A DNA stretch of 53,623 bases, the filler included, from Basidiobolus ranarum (taxonomy: Eukaryota), in NCBI GenBank assembly GCA_040143965.1. It is 3 parts of 3 records of this genome, joined end to end, with 100 filler letters (N's around TTAATTAATTAA, not from the genome) between each part and the next. Parts side by side here need not be neighbours in the genome. Positions count along the whole stretch, not along the records: positions 35,853 to 53,623 come from JASJQH010007167.1; 2 more parts are not named here. One strand, written 5' to 3'. The notes beneath the pieces are model-generated. The model was not told the DNA's origin. It ran no database searches and saw only the letters and a program-made list of their open reading frames with translations. The position numbers and the translations under genes were made by a program. Positions 36,263-48,021 of this stretch are shown here, in pieces (position 1 is the stretch's first letter; each line of letters opens with the position of its first letter).

Positions 36263-37599
36263 TTTTGATCATAACCAAGGAATGGTCATCTCTCTTGAAA
36301 GCCTTTTTCACTGGGATCATGGGTAAGCTTTTACTAGCTCAATGACCATTTGCTTGCGAAAGGAGTTGATGGGCCATGTGAAATTAGCTGAGAGCATTCC
36401 AAGGACAGCCAGGTCTTTGGTTTTTTTCATAATGGCTCTAATCAAGGCATTTTTTGGCAAGATTCTGCACAATTTTCAAAATAATATACCATTCATCTTC
36501 AGAACATTAGTAGCAGCTTTGACTTCCCAAGTCTTCTATTTGCTGGTTTTCCTATGAAAAATTTACCCTCATGAGCCTAAGCAATTTTGGGATGCTGTGT
36601 AGGTTTGATGGTCCAACACATATTCTGCCCTGCTAGATGTCTTGGTAAGATTTATATTTGGGATGTGCAATTTGGTCAAGTACTGAGTGAAAATGAAAAA
36701 GGAAAGCACCATGTGGCTGTATCTCAAGCAGAGCATTCTGAAGGTCTTATATTATGGTTGAGTGACTCGTCAATTGATGATTAGTTGCTTCAAGTATGGC
36801 ATTAATTGTAATTTCCCTATCATTAATGTGTTCAGCTCACAATTCCTTTGCTATGACCATGCTAGTCAAGTTGTTGCAGCAGAATATTCAATAGTTGGTT
36901 AAGCAGGCATTTCAAAAGTTGATGGTATTCATGGCTTTTCTAAAAACTTTTGCTCAACTATTGACTCACTATATAACAGAAGAATTATACTCTCTTGAGG
37001 TTTCTATTCCTAGCAAGGAATACATCCAGTATATCTAGTAATGCATAATTTTTCCTGAGTCTGTTCTCAGCATATCAATGCCTTCAGCAGAGGATAGTAG
37101 ATGGTTAGATTGCTCAGCAATTAAGTCTTCAGTTATTGCTGGTTTTTTTCTTGTCCTGCCAAGCAGGCCATTGCTTGGAATCTAATTTTGATTTAGAATC
37201 AGCATGCTCTTTTAATAGCATAGAAATGCTGAGATGTTACTGGGTGTAGTAAGATTGCTTAGAAACAACTTATTATTAACAAAAATTGCCAGCCATTACC
37301 ATATATATTATGCAAAGCCTCTCATAACTCAACTGCAGCATTGACTAAATTTGAATAATATTGATTGTATATAGCTAATATACCACTCTTATGTAGTATG
37401 TATTCCTTTTTCTACAGCAATATCCTTTTAATACCAACATGCAAACATTTTAAGAACCTTACTATTATTGCCACAAATTCTTGTGCTTTTAAAGCTGGGG
37501 GTTGCATGGAAAAAATAATCATATGTATGGTCTATTAACAAATCCACCAGCTGAACATAGGCATGTGATGATTAGTAGTAGTGAGTCCATCAAGCCTGC

Positions 37600-39560
37600 T
37601 TGAGTTTGGCCCATTAGGTCCATTGGTTGCACTTCAACTCAAAATTTTGATAACATTGTTCAAAGTGAAGATAGCATGAAATTACCACCATCATATGATC
37701 AGAAAGGTGTAGGCAGAAGTGCAAGTTTGTTGAAGCCAATAAATCCAGAAAACATGTACACAATTTTTGATCACTCATTCACATTAATATTGCTCATATT
37801 TGGCATACTTACCATTGATGGCTTGTCTTAAAGTATTGTTGATATCTCTCAAATGTAGAACATTGATCTGGTACCAGAGTTCTCACCACAATGCTGATGG
37901 TATTGCCAATATATTTCATAGATTTCCTTACCAGAATCTGAAAAGTCAAGGTTTCTTGAGAACACACAAGATCATGCATTTGAACTGGTGCTGGATGGTT
38001 TCTCACAAAGTAAATATTCTTGGAAGAACTTGCTAGGTAATATTTTTTATTACCTTAAATCTTCCTCCTACTAAATGATATGAGAGTCTTGATATTCTGA
38101 TAGGAACTATCATGTCTGGATCTAAATCTCCAGTGCATATAGAAGCCTCTTTGAGCCTTTAATTGTGCAGCTTGAAATGTTATCAAATGGGGTTCAGATG
38201 GGTCAATTTTTTCAGAGCCAAAGTCATTGTTGGTATTTGTCAGACATTAGAAATTGGTAAACTTGGAGGTTTCTGCAGGCACAATCTACAATCTGGTGTA
38301 AGTTCTGTCAAGTTAACAGAGTTTACTCTATGAGGTATATGCATTACCAATAGCAAAATAAAACACTGAACCCCATGATATTGGCATCATGTGCCTGGTT
38401 TGATTCTATCATGCTCATTCATTTCAATTCACTAAACAGTCAGTATAACATGAAACCTGGTTTAATCCATAAGCCTAAGATTGTATTGTTAAAGAGGATC
38501 ATCTGGCACCAGATCTTCTTATTAGGCACTTAGCACTTACTAATCAACAACATTCAAATACCACTTACTCAGCTGATTAGCAGCAAGTACAATCTGAATG
38601 AGACATACAAGTTCAGATCAAAGTTTGAATCAACTGGGAAAATGCTTGAAACAGCAAAATACCATCTAATTTACCAGCATCCACATCAAGATCAATTCCT
38701 CTGGGTATTGGATATTGCTTGCAAGTTCTTACATCATCAGCATACAATGGCAGATCTCAGGCAGATGCAGTGACTCTGCCAAGATTTCGTAATTGGATAT
38801 CAAAGCTTTATTGCTGGCTTAAAGAAGATGTACTGTATACCTACCAGTATTCAAAGCATTCCTTGCTATATCTTTGACAATGCTTAGAATTCATATTGAT
38901 GTGAGATCATCAGTACTAACCTACACTAATCTGATTAACAATGTAACAGCAACATCAGTGTGTGGTATTTATTGTTTTAGCTGTGGGGTGATCTATTTAA
39001 ATAATGACACATCCACATGTGACATAACATTTGTTAATTGCAACTTGGGGATATTTTGGCAAATTCTTAACAGAAGTGTGTCAAAATCACAGAGCTTATT
39101 CCATTGTCCATGGTGACAGGAGTCAGCTGTTTGCAGAGCATCAAGGCTCTTTTAAATCTCTGATGTTCAGCAACTTTGTGCCATTTGTTTTCTTGCAAAG
39201 CATATGAAGATTATGACTTATGTCTCTTCAGTCCAGTATGCTTATATGTTTAGAATAAATGCATCAAGATTCTGGCTTTGTTAATTCTCATTATGGCTGG
39301 AATACAAAGCCTAAAATATAGAAATATAGGTTTGTATATAAATTTGGATTCCTTTAGCAGTAAGCCTGTAATCAATAAAAGATTTGTTCCAAATATCTTG
39401 GGATATTGAATACTGCACAGCTATTGTTGAGATTCAATATTTTAGATTGCACCATCATTCTATCAGGATCTATGGCAGAACACCAGCCAGTGATATTGTG
39501 AAGATCCTCTGATGGTTTTGGGCTTGTCAAGGGTGGATCCAAACTGGATCATATCAATTT
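37600..39560 (+). mobile_element. Degenerate CACTA/EnSpm (CMC, Tnp2-like) transposase relic, copy A
   Basis: Interrupted frames give YQNLKSQGF...AFELVLDGF, LNLPPT, ILIGTIMSGSKSP..., EPLIVQLEMLSNGV and KLGGF.RHN...CKFCQVN, matching the Tnp2 pattern DGF...LNLPP...IPGP..P...PLV.EL..L..G...KL.GF.GH...CRFC. Many stops and frameshifts; boundaries approximate. Confidence 0.72.
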
Positions 39561-39719
39561 CATTTTTGTTGGGGTGGAAGATTTGTTAAGCCTTTCACAT
39601 TGCTACATCAAGATCTGACACTTGAGAGCCAATTGCTAAGAGAGCAACCCATTACAACATGCACCACAACAACACCCAGAGAACAAGTGTTTGAGAGAAA
39701 AAGTGAAGCTCTTATCAAG

Positions 39720-40340
39720 CTAGAAAAAGCCACAGCAGTCAAACACAAACACCCAGGTAGACAATGTGTTCCACTGTGTTCTGCATTGCAATAGAGATTA
39801 TTGAGAGTAGGAAGACTTAGTGATGTTCCAACTGAGGTTGAAGAAACCACTGCGGTCAAGCACAAACCTCAATGTAGATGACTTGCTACACCATGTGCCA
39901 CCATGCAACCATGGCCAATGCTAGTCCAACAAGATGAAGCTTCTACTGTGGTTAAATAAGTTATTTCTGCCAAAATGAATCTCAAGGTAGAAGACTTGCC
40001 CCTACTTATAGTCGCATGTACCACAACCACTGCCAGTCAAAAGAGATGATGCCTCTAGTGTTATTGAAGAAGCTAAAATGTCCTTACACCAATCACCAGA
40101 TGGATGACTTTCTCCAGCATTTATTACCATGCTAACACAGACACAGCATGGTGAGATTTAAAAAACTTCCACTGTGGCCAAAGACTCAATAACTGTTGAA
40201 CACAAACCTCAAGAAATATGTTCTGCATTAATGTGAAGCAATATGCAGGAGCAAAGGCTAGTTAACCAAATTGGTGAAGGCTCCACATCTGAAGAAGATA
40301 CTCTATATATATAAACAAGCCACAAGCCAGATGACACAAG
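39720..40340 (+). repeat. Degenerate ~114-bp tandem repeat, about 6 units
   Basis: Recurring core gaagaa.c.....gtcaa.cacaaacctcaa.gtagatgactt starting near 39723, 39840, 39954, 40066, 40180 and 40294. Confidence 0.6.
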
Positions 40341-40489
40341 CCATCACAGGAAACACTGTTAAGAGAAGCAACTTTGAAACCACCTATTTTGCCTGCTATT
40401 GAACACCCCTCCATAGAGAATTAGGATAGAATCACCACAACAAGGGAATATCAGGCTGAACACCTCAATAATATGTATGTAATCATATG

Positions 40490-42130
40490 TCAAAGCTACA
40501 AAGTTCCATTACAGGCCATGCCAAGCAATAAAGCAGCAATATTACAATTAATGCAGCATTCTGCAGCCACTAGTCATTGGCAAGAGAGTCAGTCTACAAT
40601 GTTATACAACCTTCAGAATGCTGTAATATGCTACAGTCACATGTAATTCCCTCCATCCATTCTCATAAAGACTAGAAGTATTGAATTTATATAAATTCAA
40701 GGACTAATTTGTTTATATGATATTGCCTAGTGAGAAACAATCCAGGGCATATGAAAATGCATGATCATGGGTGTTCTCAAATAAATTGTGACCTTACACT
40801 TTCTGGTAGTGCTATTTATCAAGAATATTGAAAATACCATCAGCCTATGGGTGAGTTGCTTGCTACTGAATCTTTAATCTGTATTTGGGTGATTCCAACA
40901 GAATTTCAAGACCAGGAATCAATGGTACAAGGCATAATATGAGTGATATTTACATGATTCAGGGATTACCACTAGGGTGCAAAAAGGACATGCTTCAGGT
41001 TTTTCAGATCATCAGTGAAAGACAAGCAACACTCTGGATATGAAGATAGCTAACTTACTGAAGGATTACAAGTCATGTAATTGCCAAGCATTTGCCATAA
41101 GTGCCAGGTCTACACAAGCAACAGTTGCCTATCAATTGTGGTATAAGTGTAAGAAAACCAATAAATACTTGTTTGCTAAGATTTGATTGAACTCTCTACT
41201 CCTCAATAATCCAAAGTACTTCCTTTACTCCATATATATTGAGTAGACTAATGATTGCCAATAACAAAGAGTCAGTAACCAAACAATCATCCACTTCCAA
41301 TATACTGCCATCAGCACTAGAATAAACAAGATCAACATATAGCAGATTGTCCTCAAAATTTTTGGCACTTGCTGGTATGGCCAAACATGCACTTCTACCA
41401 ACATCATTTTGGTCATTTGACAGTGTTAACTGCACAGTATCTTGACTTTCAGCAGTGTGACTAAAAGTTTGAGGTAAAGCATAGCCAATGGATTAAGTTG
41501 GCAAAACTAAGGGGATCTTTGGGCACTTATTACTATTGATACTCACCAGCCTTTGGGCAGCTGGTGGCTTTGTACAGTGACCATTCTTGTGATTCATTTT
41601 TCAATGAAGCCTCTGGCTTTGTAGCACAAGAATTTGTGACAAAAATAGCAAGGCTTCTTAAGCATTTGTGTTGCGGCCCAAGAGGGATATTCCGGAGCAA
41701 AGAACACTAACATTTTAAGGATGCTACCTTAGGTATATCTCATCATAATCATCAGCTGATTTGTAACCATGTGACAGATGAGTCAACAGGGTATTTACCC
41801 AATTTTTCCCGTAAAGGATAAATATTTTGGTTGATTATAAGTGGATTCTGAGCAATTTCATTATACTAAGTTTGCCATGAGAATGCTTCAATGCCATTGA
41901 AATAGCATTCAAAAACTAAATCAAATTGGCTTCCAATTAAAAGCATCATCAGTAAAAACTACAAAGTTGCTATACAGGCCATGACAGCTAGTAAAGAAGC
42001 AATAATGTAATCAATGCAGCATTCTGAAGCAAATAGCCATCAGTTAAATAGCTACTCAACATTGTTACAAAACCTTCAGAATGCAGTATGAAGCAACAGC
42101 AATATGCTGCTCCCTCCATCAATTCTCATC
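40490..42130 (+). repeat. Pair of diverged ~175-bp direct repeats (40490-40665 and 41955-42130)
   Basis: Shared blocks ctacaaagtt, tacaggccatg, aatgcagcattctg, ttgtta, aaccttcagaatgc, tccctccatc.attctcat. Confidence 0.8.
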
Positions 42131-42679
42131 TCTCAAGCAAAGAGCTGGTAATTCATGGCTCTATATGTCCTACTTACTAAGTTCTTTGTCCCATTACAAT
42201 GATCTATAATTGTGGAGTCAGATCCACCTGCAGATATACTGGCAAAATGCTTCATTTTACAGTGTAAGCAGATACACCAGTTAGATGAGTCATGAGCTCA
42301 AAGTTTACCCAAACCTGGCACCTCTTAACAAGCTAAAATGCCACCAAATAAAACTTGTGGATTTCCAACAGTATGAAGTACATTTCAAAGTGTTGAACCT
42401 AGCCCCAAACTTAAAGGCAAGCAAAAAGCCACCCAAGCACACTAAAGCACATGGAGCTGTGATACACTGCCTAACAAAAACTTGCAAATTATTATTCTAA
42501 GAAACTCTTAACAATTTTAATCCATTTTGGATTGACTGTTTGCCTATGATGATAAAATCATTAACTTGGATTTAATAAAAATAAATTATTTCAGTTTCAA
42601 AAGTGAAATTTCAGGATACTGCAAAACAGCTCACATGATTGCAACAATCTCAGAAAATAATCCCTAACAAAGATAAAGT

Positions 42680-44745
42680 CAATTTGATCAGGATTGGATC
42701 CACCCTTCTGGATGGTAAAACCATCATAAAACCATCACCATATTGGTGGCTTGCATTCTGCCAGGGACTGTGATGGTGAGACAGCAGCTTCTTGATGGTA
42801 TTTAGATGCTATTCATTCATAGTACAATATTGATTCTCATATTTGGCATGTGTCATTTAATTGCCAACAATTTTTGTAAAAAACTAATTTACAAATGGCA
42901 AATTACTAGGTTTTCTGCTGTAGAAGTTTAAATTATTATGCATGCCTTTTTAGATACTTTAGGCTTTGTATTCCAGCCATAATGAGAATCTAAAGATTCA
43001 AGAATCTCAATGTGTTTTGTCTCTACATATGTAAATACTTGACTGCACAGACATAACTTGAAAACATCAATATGCTTTACCAGCTAACTGATAGTGAAGA
43101 AATTGCTCAACATCTGAAATTTTGAATAGCACTGACAATAGTAAAATAGCTGACTCTTGTTACCACTCACAATGAGAATAAGCTCTTGGATTTTGGCAAA
43201 TTTCCTGAAAGAATTTAGCCAAAATATCCCTGACTTGCAGTCAACAAATGTCCCACTACCAGTTGATGTGTCATTACTTGAATAGATTACTCCATGGCTA
43301 AAGCAATAACACTACATATATGAATCTATCTCACCGCAAAGTCTGTCTTTCAGCTTTCCTAGGAATATCATCAGATTATGACACAAACAAATTAGTCCAA
43401 ATTAATGAGGTACTTACTCCAAGTCCATGGATTGGGATTTGTTGCTGTTATTGTGCTCAAACAATGCAAAAACCTGTGAGCACACTGAAGAGAGTTCTTT
43501 GTTGGAAGGTTAATATACTCTGAAGTCTCCTTAACCTATTGCATTACCTCCATCATGGATTTTGGTGATATATTGTAAATCAGATTAGCGGACTTGTTCC
43601 ATTTTGCCACAATTTATTGGACCATGTATCAGTATATCAGAGTAAATATGATTGAAATTGATCATGCCAGAGGGCACTGGATAGTGCCAAATGGTGATGC
43701 ATAAATTTTAGAATACTTTATCTAATGTCACATATACAGCATAATCTGGCACTATCACCAACAACAAGCCCTGCATACAGTAATACCAATTGTATCACTT
43801 GGAGCCGCATTTCACCGCAGGTGTGCCCCATTGGGTACTCCTAGAATGTATAGCAGGGGCCTATAATCTCAAAGCATTGTGAAAGATGCAGCAGGGAAAG
43901 TATTGAATACTGGCATAGATTCAGTGTATCATCTTTAACCATTTAATAAAGTTTTTCATATCCAATTACAAAATCTTTGCACAGTTGCTGTATCACCCTA
44001 AGATCTGCCAATGTGAGTTGCTGCTGTAAGAAAATTTTGATAATACCCACTAATCACCCCCAATGTTGACAATACTTATCAGGCCAAAATCTTCTCAAGA
44101 TTCCACTTGAATATATACAAAGCCAATAATTCCAGTCTTTGCATTTAAATACTGCCAAGATGACTGGATATTGATGGAAGTCTCAGTAAAATATGATGGT
44201 ATCTTGAAATTTTCAGGCATTTACTCAATTGACTCAAACTTTGATCTTATATTTTATGGCTCATTCAGATTGACTTTTTTACCATACAGCTGAGTAAGTA
44301 GTTTTGGAATGTTGTTAAATAGTAAGTGTATAGTGCATAATGGCAAACCCCGGCTCCAGCTGATCCCCTGTAGTATTATATTCATAGGCTTACACCTATT
44401 CTCAAGTTTGATGTCAGACTGACTATTTGGTGAATTGGTATCAGTGAGCATTTTGAAATCTGACTGGGCTATTGACAGTAAAATCATGAGGTTTAGTGCT
44501 CTATTTGAATAGTCGTATTGCATAGGCCTGATGGAGTAAACTCCATTGATTTGACCAAATCTACAGCAAGTTAGTACATGTTGCCAGTGAAAACCTCCAA
44601 GTTTATTAATGGAAGGATTGCCACCAATACATGCAAATTCTACAATCCTCTGGAACATTCCATAAGATTCTTGGAGTATTAGATGATTGACCATGTTGAT
44701 TGCACCCTTTGGACACCTCACAAAACCCTTAGGATATTTCATTCA
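42680..44745 (-). mobile_element. Degenerate CACTA/EnSpm (Tnp2-like) transposase relic, copy B, inverted relative to copy A
   Basis: ORF 44254-44742 contains GNPSINKLGGFHWQHVLTCCRFGQING and PLCTIHLLFNNIPKLL (GD.PA..KL.GF.GH...CRFC and P.D.MHL...NI motifs); LLHLSQCFEIIGP lies downstream. Its reverse complement matches copy A, e.g. attctcattatggctggaatacaaagcctaaa (~39284 vs ~42958) and aagggtggatccaa (~39529 vs ~42697). Confidence 0.75.
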
Positions 44746-44749
44746 TAGT

Positions 44750-46545
44750 TGCTGCTTACATCCTAAAACAACTACAGCAGTGAGCTGCAAGTATATCATG
44801 TGTTACAGCACCCAATGATAGCAGCCTCCCATCAATTACTCCTGCAAAGACTAGACTAGATTTATTGATTGTTGAGATAGAGTGGGATTTGACAAAGGCA
44901 GAGTCAATAAAACTGGAAGAAGCATCCAAATCAAGAAGTGCAGTTGTTTTTATTGACTTGAAATTTGTTAGCAGGAGTGTGAAGGGCAGCTTTAATGATT
45001 GGTATGAGTGCAGAGATTGCAACGTATGGTGAAGAAACATTTTTGAAGAAGGTTGGCCTAATTGCATGCTTTTTGTATAGGTTCTGGCTACATGTCCAGA
45101 AGCTCCATAATAGAGGCAAAGATTCTATTGTTGGTGTTGATATTTCTCCTTGGGGCTAAGCTTTCTGAGTTGAGTTCCATCAATTTGCATTAGGTCATCT
45201 ACTTGAGCTGTATTTAGTATTTGATGGAAGGGAGGTCTGAAAATAGATGAGGAAGGAGAGAAAAATGAGCAATATTTTTCTGTTGCTATCTTTCAAACAA
45301 CTGGTTGTCACTTCAACTGCCTGATGGATAGCATCAGTCAAGGTCACTGGGTCAGCCATAGTGAGTAAAAGATTCTTAATATTTTCTTGGAGTCCATATT
45401 GGAATTGGTTGATCAGGGCTGATTCTCCCCAATTGAGATCACAGGCAAGAAGGCATAATTCTGTGGCATAAGTTGATCCAGGCTTTAACCCTTATTTAAG
45501 TGCACGGAGCTTGCTGGCTGAAGTTCTTTCCTTATCTGCATTTGCAAATGTAGCTTCCAGTTCAGCATGAAAGGCAAGGAAGTTTGAAAAAAGTGGAGAT
45601 TGACTTTCCATCAAAGGAGTTAACCAAGATAGAGCTGTTCCAGTAGTAGTGTTTGCACTAGGCCAACTTTTGTTTGGTCAGAGGGGTAGCAATGGGGATG
45701 TAACTGGATGATAAGTTTTACTTGGTTGATAAATCACAATAGTTTTGGTGAGTGCCATTAAGCTTATTTGAAAAGGAGATCTTGGGTTCAGGAGTTGGAT
45801 TTGCAGGATGGTTGGGTGGAGCTGGATTCTGTACTTGAGCAAGAGAAGCACAAAGTTCTTGATTTTCTTGCTGATGCTGAGGAAGTGCTTGCATGATATC
45901 TTTCATTGTGGGGGCTGGTGTAGACATAATACTTACTATGCTGGGAGAGGAAGTTGTAAAACCACAAGTTTCTCTAGGAATGATAATCACAATGCAATGT
46001 CCAACTCTTTGTTGAAGAAAATATTGGCACCATGACAAAAGAATATGCTGGTATTACCATTCTCTGATCTTGATCAAGTACTAAAGCTTCTTTGATCAAA
46101 AACAACTGTAAACTCAACCAGTAGTGTCTTGAGAAGGATGCACTTAGCACAATTATCCAAAGGTCCAAGGTACCTTTGCCTTAGCAGGGAAGCTTGGGAA
46201 AGATGGGTAATAAGAGGGAAGCCAACCTTGGGGTGTTTCAAGGTTGGAGAACAGGGATGGTGAGAGGTCTACAGGCAAGTGTAAGTAGTCTGGTCAATTT
46301 GTCACAATAAGGAACTAGGCAAGGACTGGAAACAATGACAACAGGCTTGAAGGCTATGTGTGGCATGATGTGATTTGTTAGCTTTCATGGAATGTTTTGA
46401 TGAACATGACTTTCATATAAGGTAACCTGGATGAACTAACACCAGATTGCTGAGAAAGGATGGGACAGCATATATTAAGTCATAATCTATTAATAGAAGA
46501 GTTTTATTTGCAGTGGATGAATATGCTGAGTTCAGAATCATGACA
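44750..46545 (-). mobile_element. 5' half of a degenerate Ty3/gypsy (Tf/sushi-like) retrotransposon: LTR 46300-46545, gag from ~45927, protease ~44990-44760
   Basis: 246-bp LTR with TGTCA...TGACA termini. Gag motifs EPKISF..K..GT, TGTALSWLTPL, LACDLNWGESALINQFQYGL and a degenerate CCHC knuckle (CLYYGASGH). Protease TALLDLDASSSFID. No RT or integrase remains. Confidence 0.85.
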
Positions 46546-48021
46546 TCCTCACTTATCAAAATTAAATTTTTGCCATTCTGAGATGGCCTTTCATATAGAT
46601 ATTAAATTCTTGGCAATATTTGTAACATATACTACATCTTGAAAAGTGTATAATTTCTCTTCAGAAGCCCCAATTAAATTGACTTAAATGTTCCCATTCT
46701 AATGGCATCAAATATAAAGTCATCTCCCTTGTCAACCTCTCTAATTGGGATATCTTCATAATCCCCAAACCAATGTTTTTCATTTGTGAAATGTTGGGAG
46801 GCTCCAGATTCAATACACTATTTCTGATAATCCTTGTTGGTAGTCATAGAAAGATCTGATCTGAACAAGTTTTCTTATGTCATAACCGCATTTCCAGATT
46901 CTATGCCTTTTACTTCTTTTGCAATTCTTTCAAGTTTATCTTTGCTTAAATAGCCAGTTCTTTTACAGCAACCGCAGACTATGTTATGGTGGGAAACATG
47001 TTAGTATACTATCTACAAGGTTTTGGGTCTTTAGGACAACTTTCTATTTTCCACTAATTTTCAACATTGTAAATTTCATTAATCAGAATGAAATAGATGT
47101 AAAATTAGTTTCTCCCAAATTCAGATATCTGATTTAGCTACATATCAGATGTTAGGTGTATATTTCAGCATATAGAAAGGTTTCACATACCCTATTAAAG
47201 CATTTTTGTTATTCTTTTGGCTTAATCCTAATTTGCATAAATCATCATGCAGATGTCTGCCAAATACATAATCTAAGATCTAATTTTTAGTTCTTGATTC
47301 TAGAGCCATTATTAGGCTCTGAAGCTTGTATGGCATGCTATTTAGGATTATAGCTAGGATATTCTGGTCAGGAGTAGGTACTCCAAAACATTCCATTTCA
47401 TCCACTCAAATAGTAACTCTATTAATTAGTGATTTTATGTCTTCTCCTAGCTTCATCTTTAAGTTATAGAGTTGTATTCATAGAGATATCTTGCTGGCAA
47501 CAGAATATGTTTGGTAGGTATCTTCCAGGGCTATCCATATATTCTTGGCAATTTTAGCTCTTGAACATTGAAATAGCAATTTGTCTTTAACATTAAGACA
47601 AATTGTATTAAAGGGACTTTGTTCTTTTTTAACCTGAAGTAAAACTTTTGATTCAGATAGTTTTATGTTGTTTTCTACTCCTTAGAGTGTGTCCCAAAGT
47701 CCTTTATCCTGCAGCAACTTTTTCTTTTTCAAATTTCCAACTTGAAATTTGGATCTAACCAATATTTCAGAAGAGGGAAAAGTTCCTATAATTGAAGAAT
47801 TAGACATTATAAAGAGTACGCTTGGGGCTCATAGCCTGTTACATTACTTGGGAGCCTGTTGGAAGTGGCTTGGAGCATTAAAAATATTGGTATTTACCAT
47901 TTATTGATACATTGAGTAGAAAGTTAACATTCATAGTTTTGTCAAGTTTAAACAAACTAAGGTGTAGAATGGGTTTAGGAAGGTCCCAGAAAGATGGGTG
48001 CGAAGTTTGGGGCTTCTAACA
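46546..48021 (-). mobile_element. 5' part of a degenerate Ty1/copia retrotransposon: LTR 47837-48021, PBS 47825-47836, gag from 47807, protease ~46830-46550
   Basis: 185-bp LTR with TGTTA...TAACA termini, immediately followed by GGCTATGAGCCC (copia-type GGTTATGAGCC half-tRNAi-Met PBS). Gag LLQDKGLWD...TICLNVKD...AKNIWIALE. Protease *CIESGASQHF and FQDVVYVTNIAKNLISI. Confidence 0.87.

Noticed and set aside
39720-40340. Periodic repeats as a CRISPR-like array
   Set aside because: Units are diverged along their whole length, there is no conserved repeat/unique spacer pattern or cas gene, and the context is eukaryotic TE.
1-48021. LTR at 1-153 and LTR at 47837-48021 as the two ends of one giant element
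   Set aside because: They are in inverted orientation, noticeably diverged and on different contigs.
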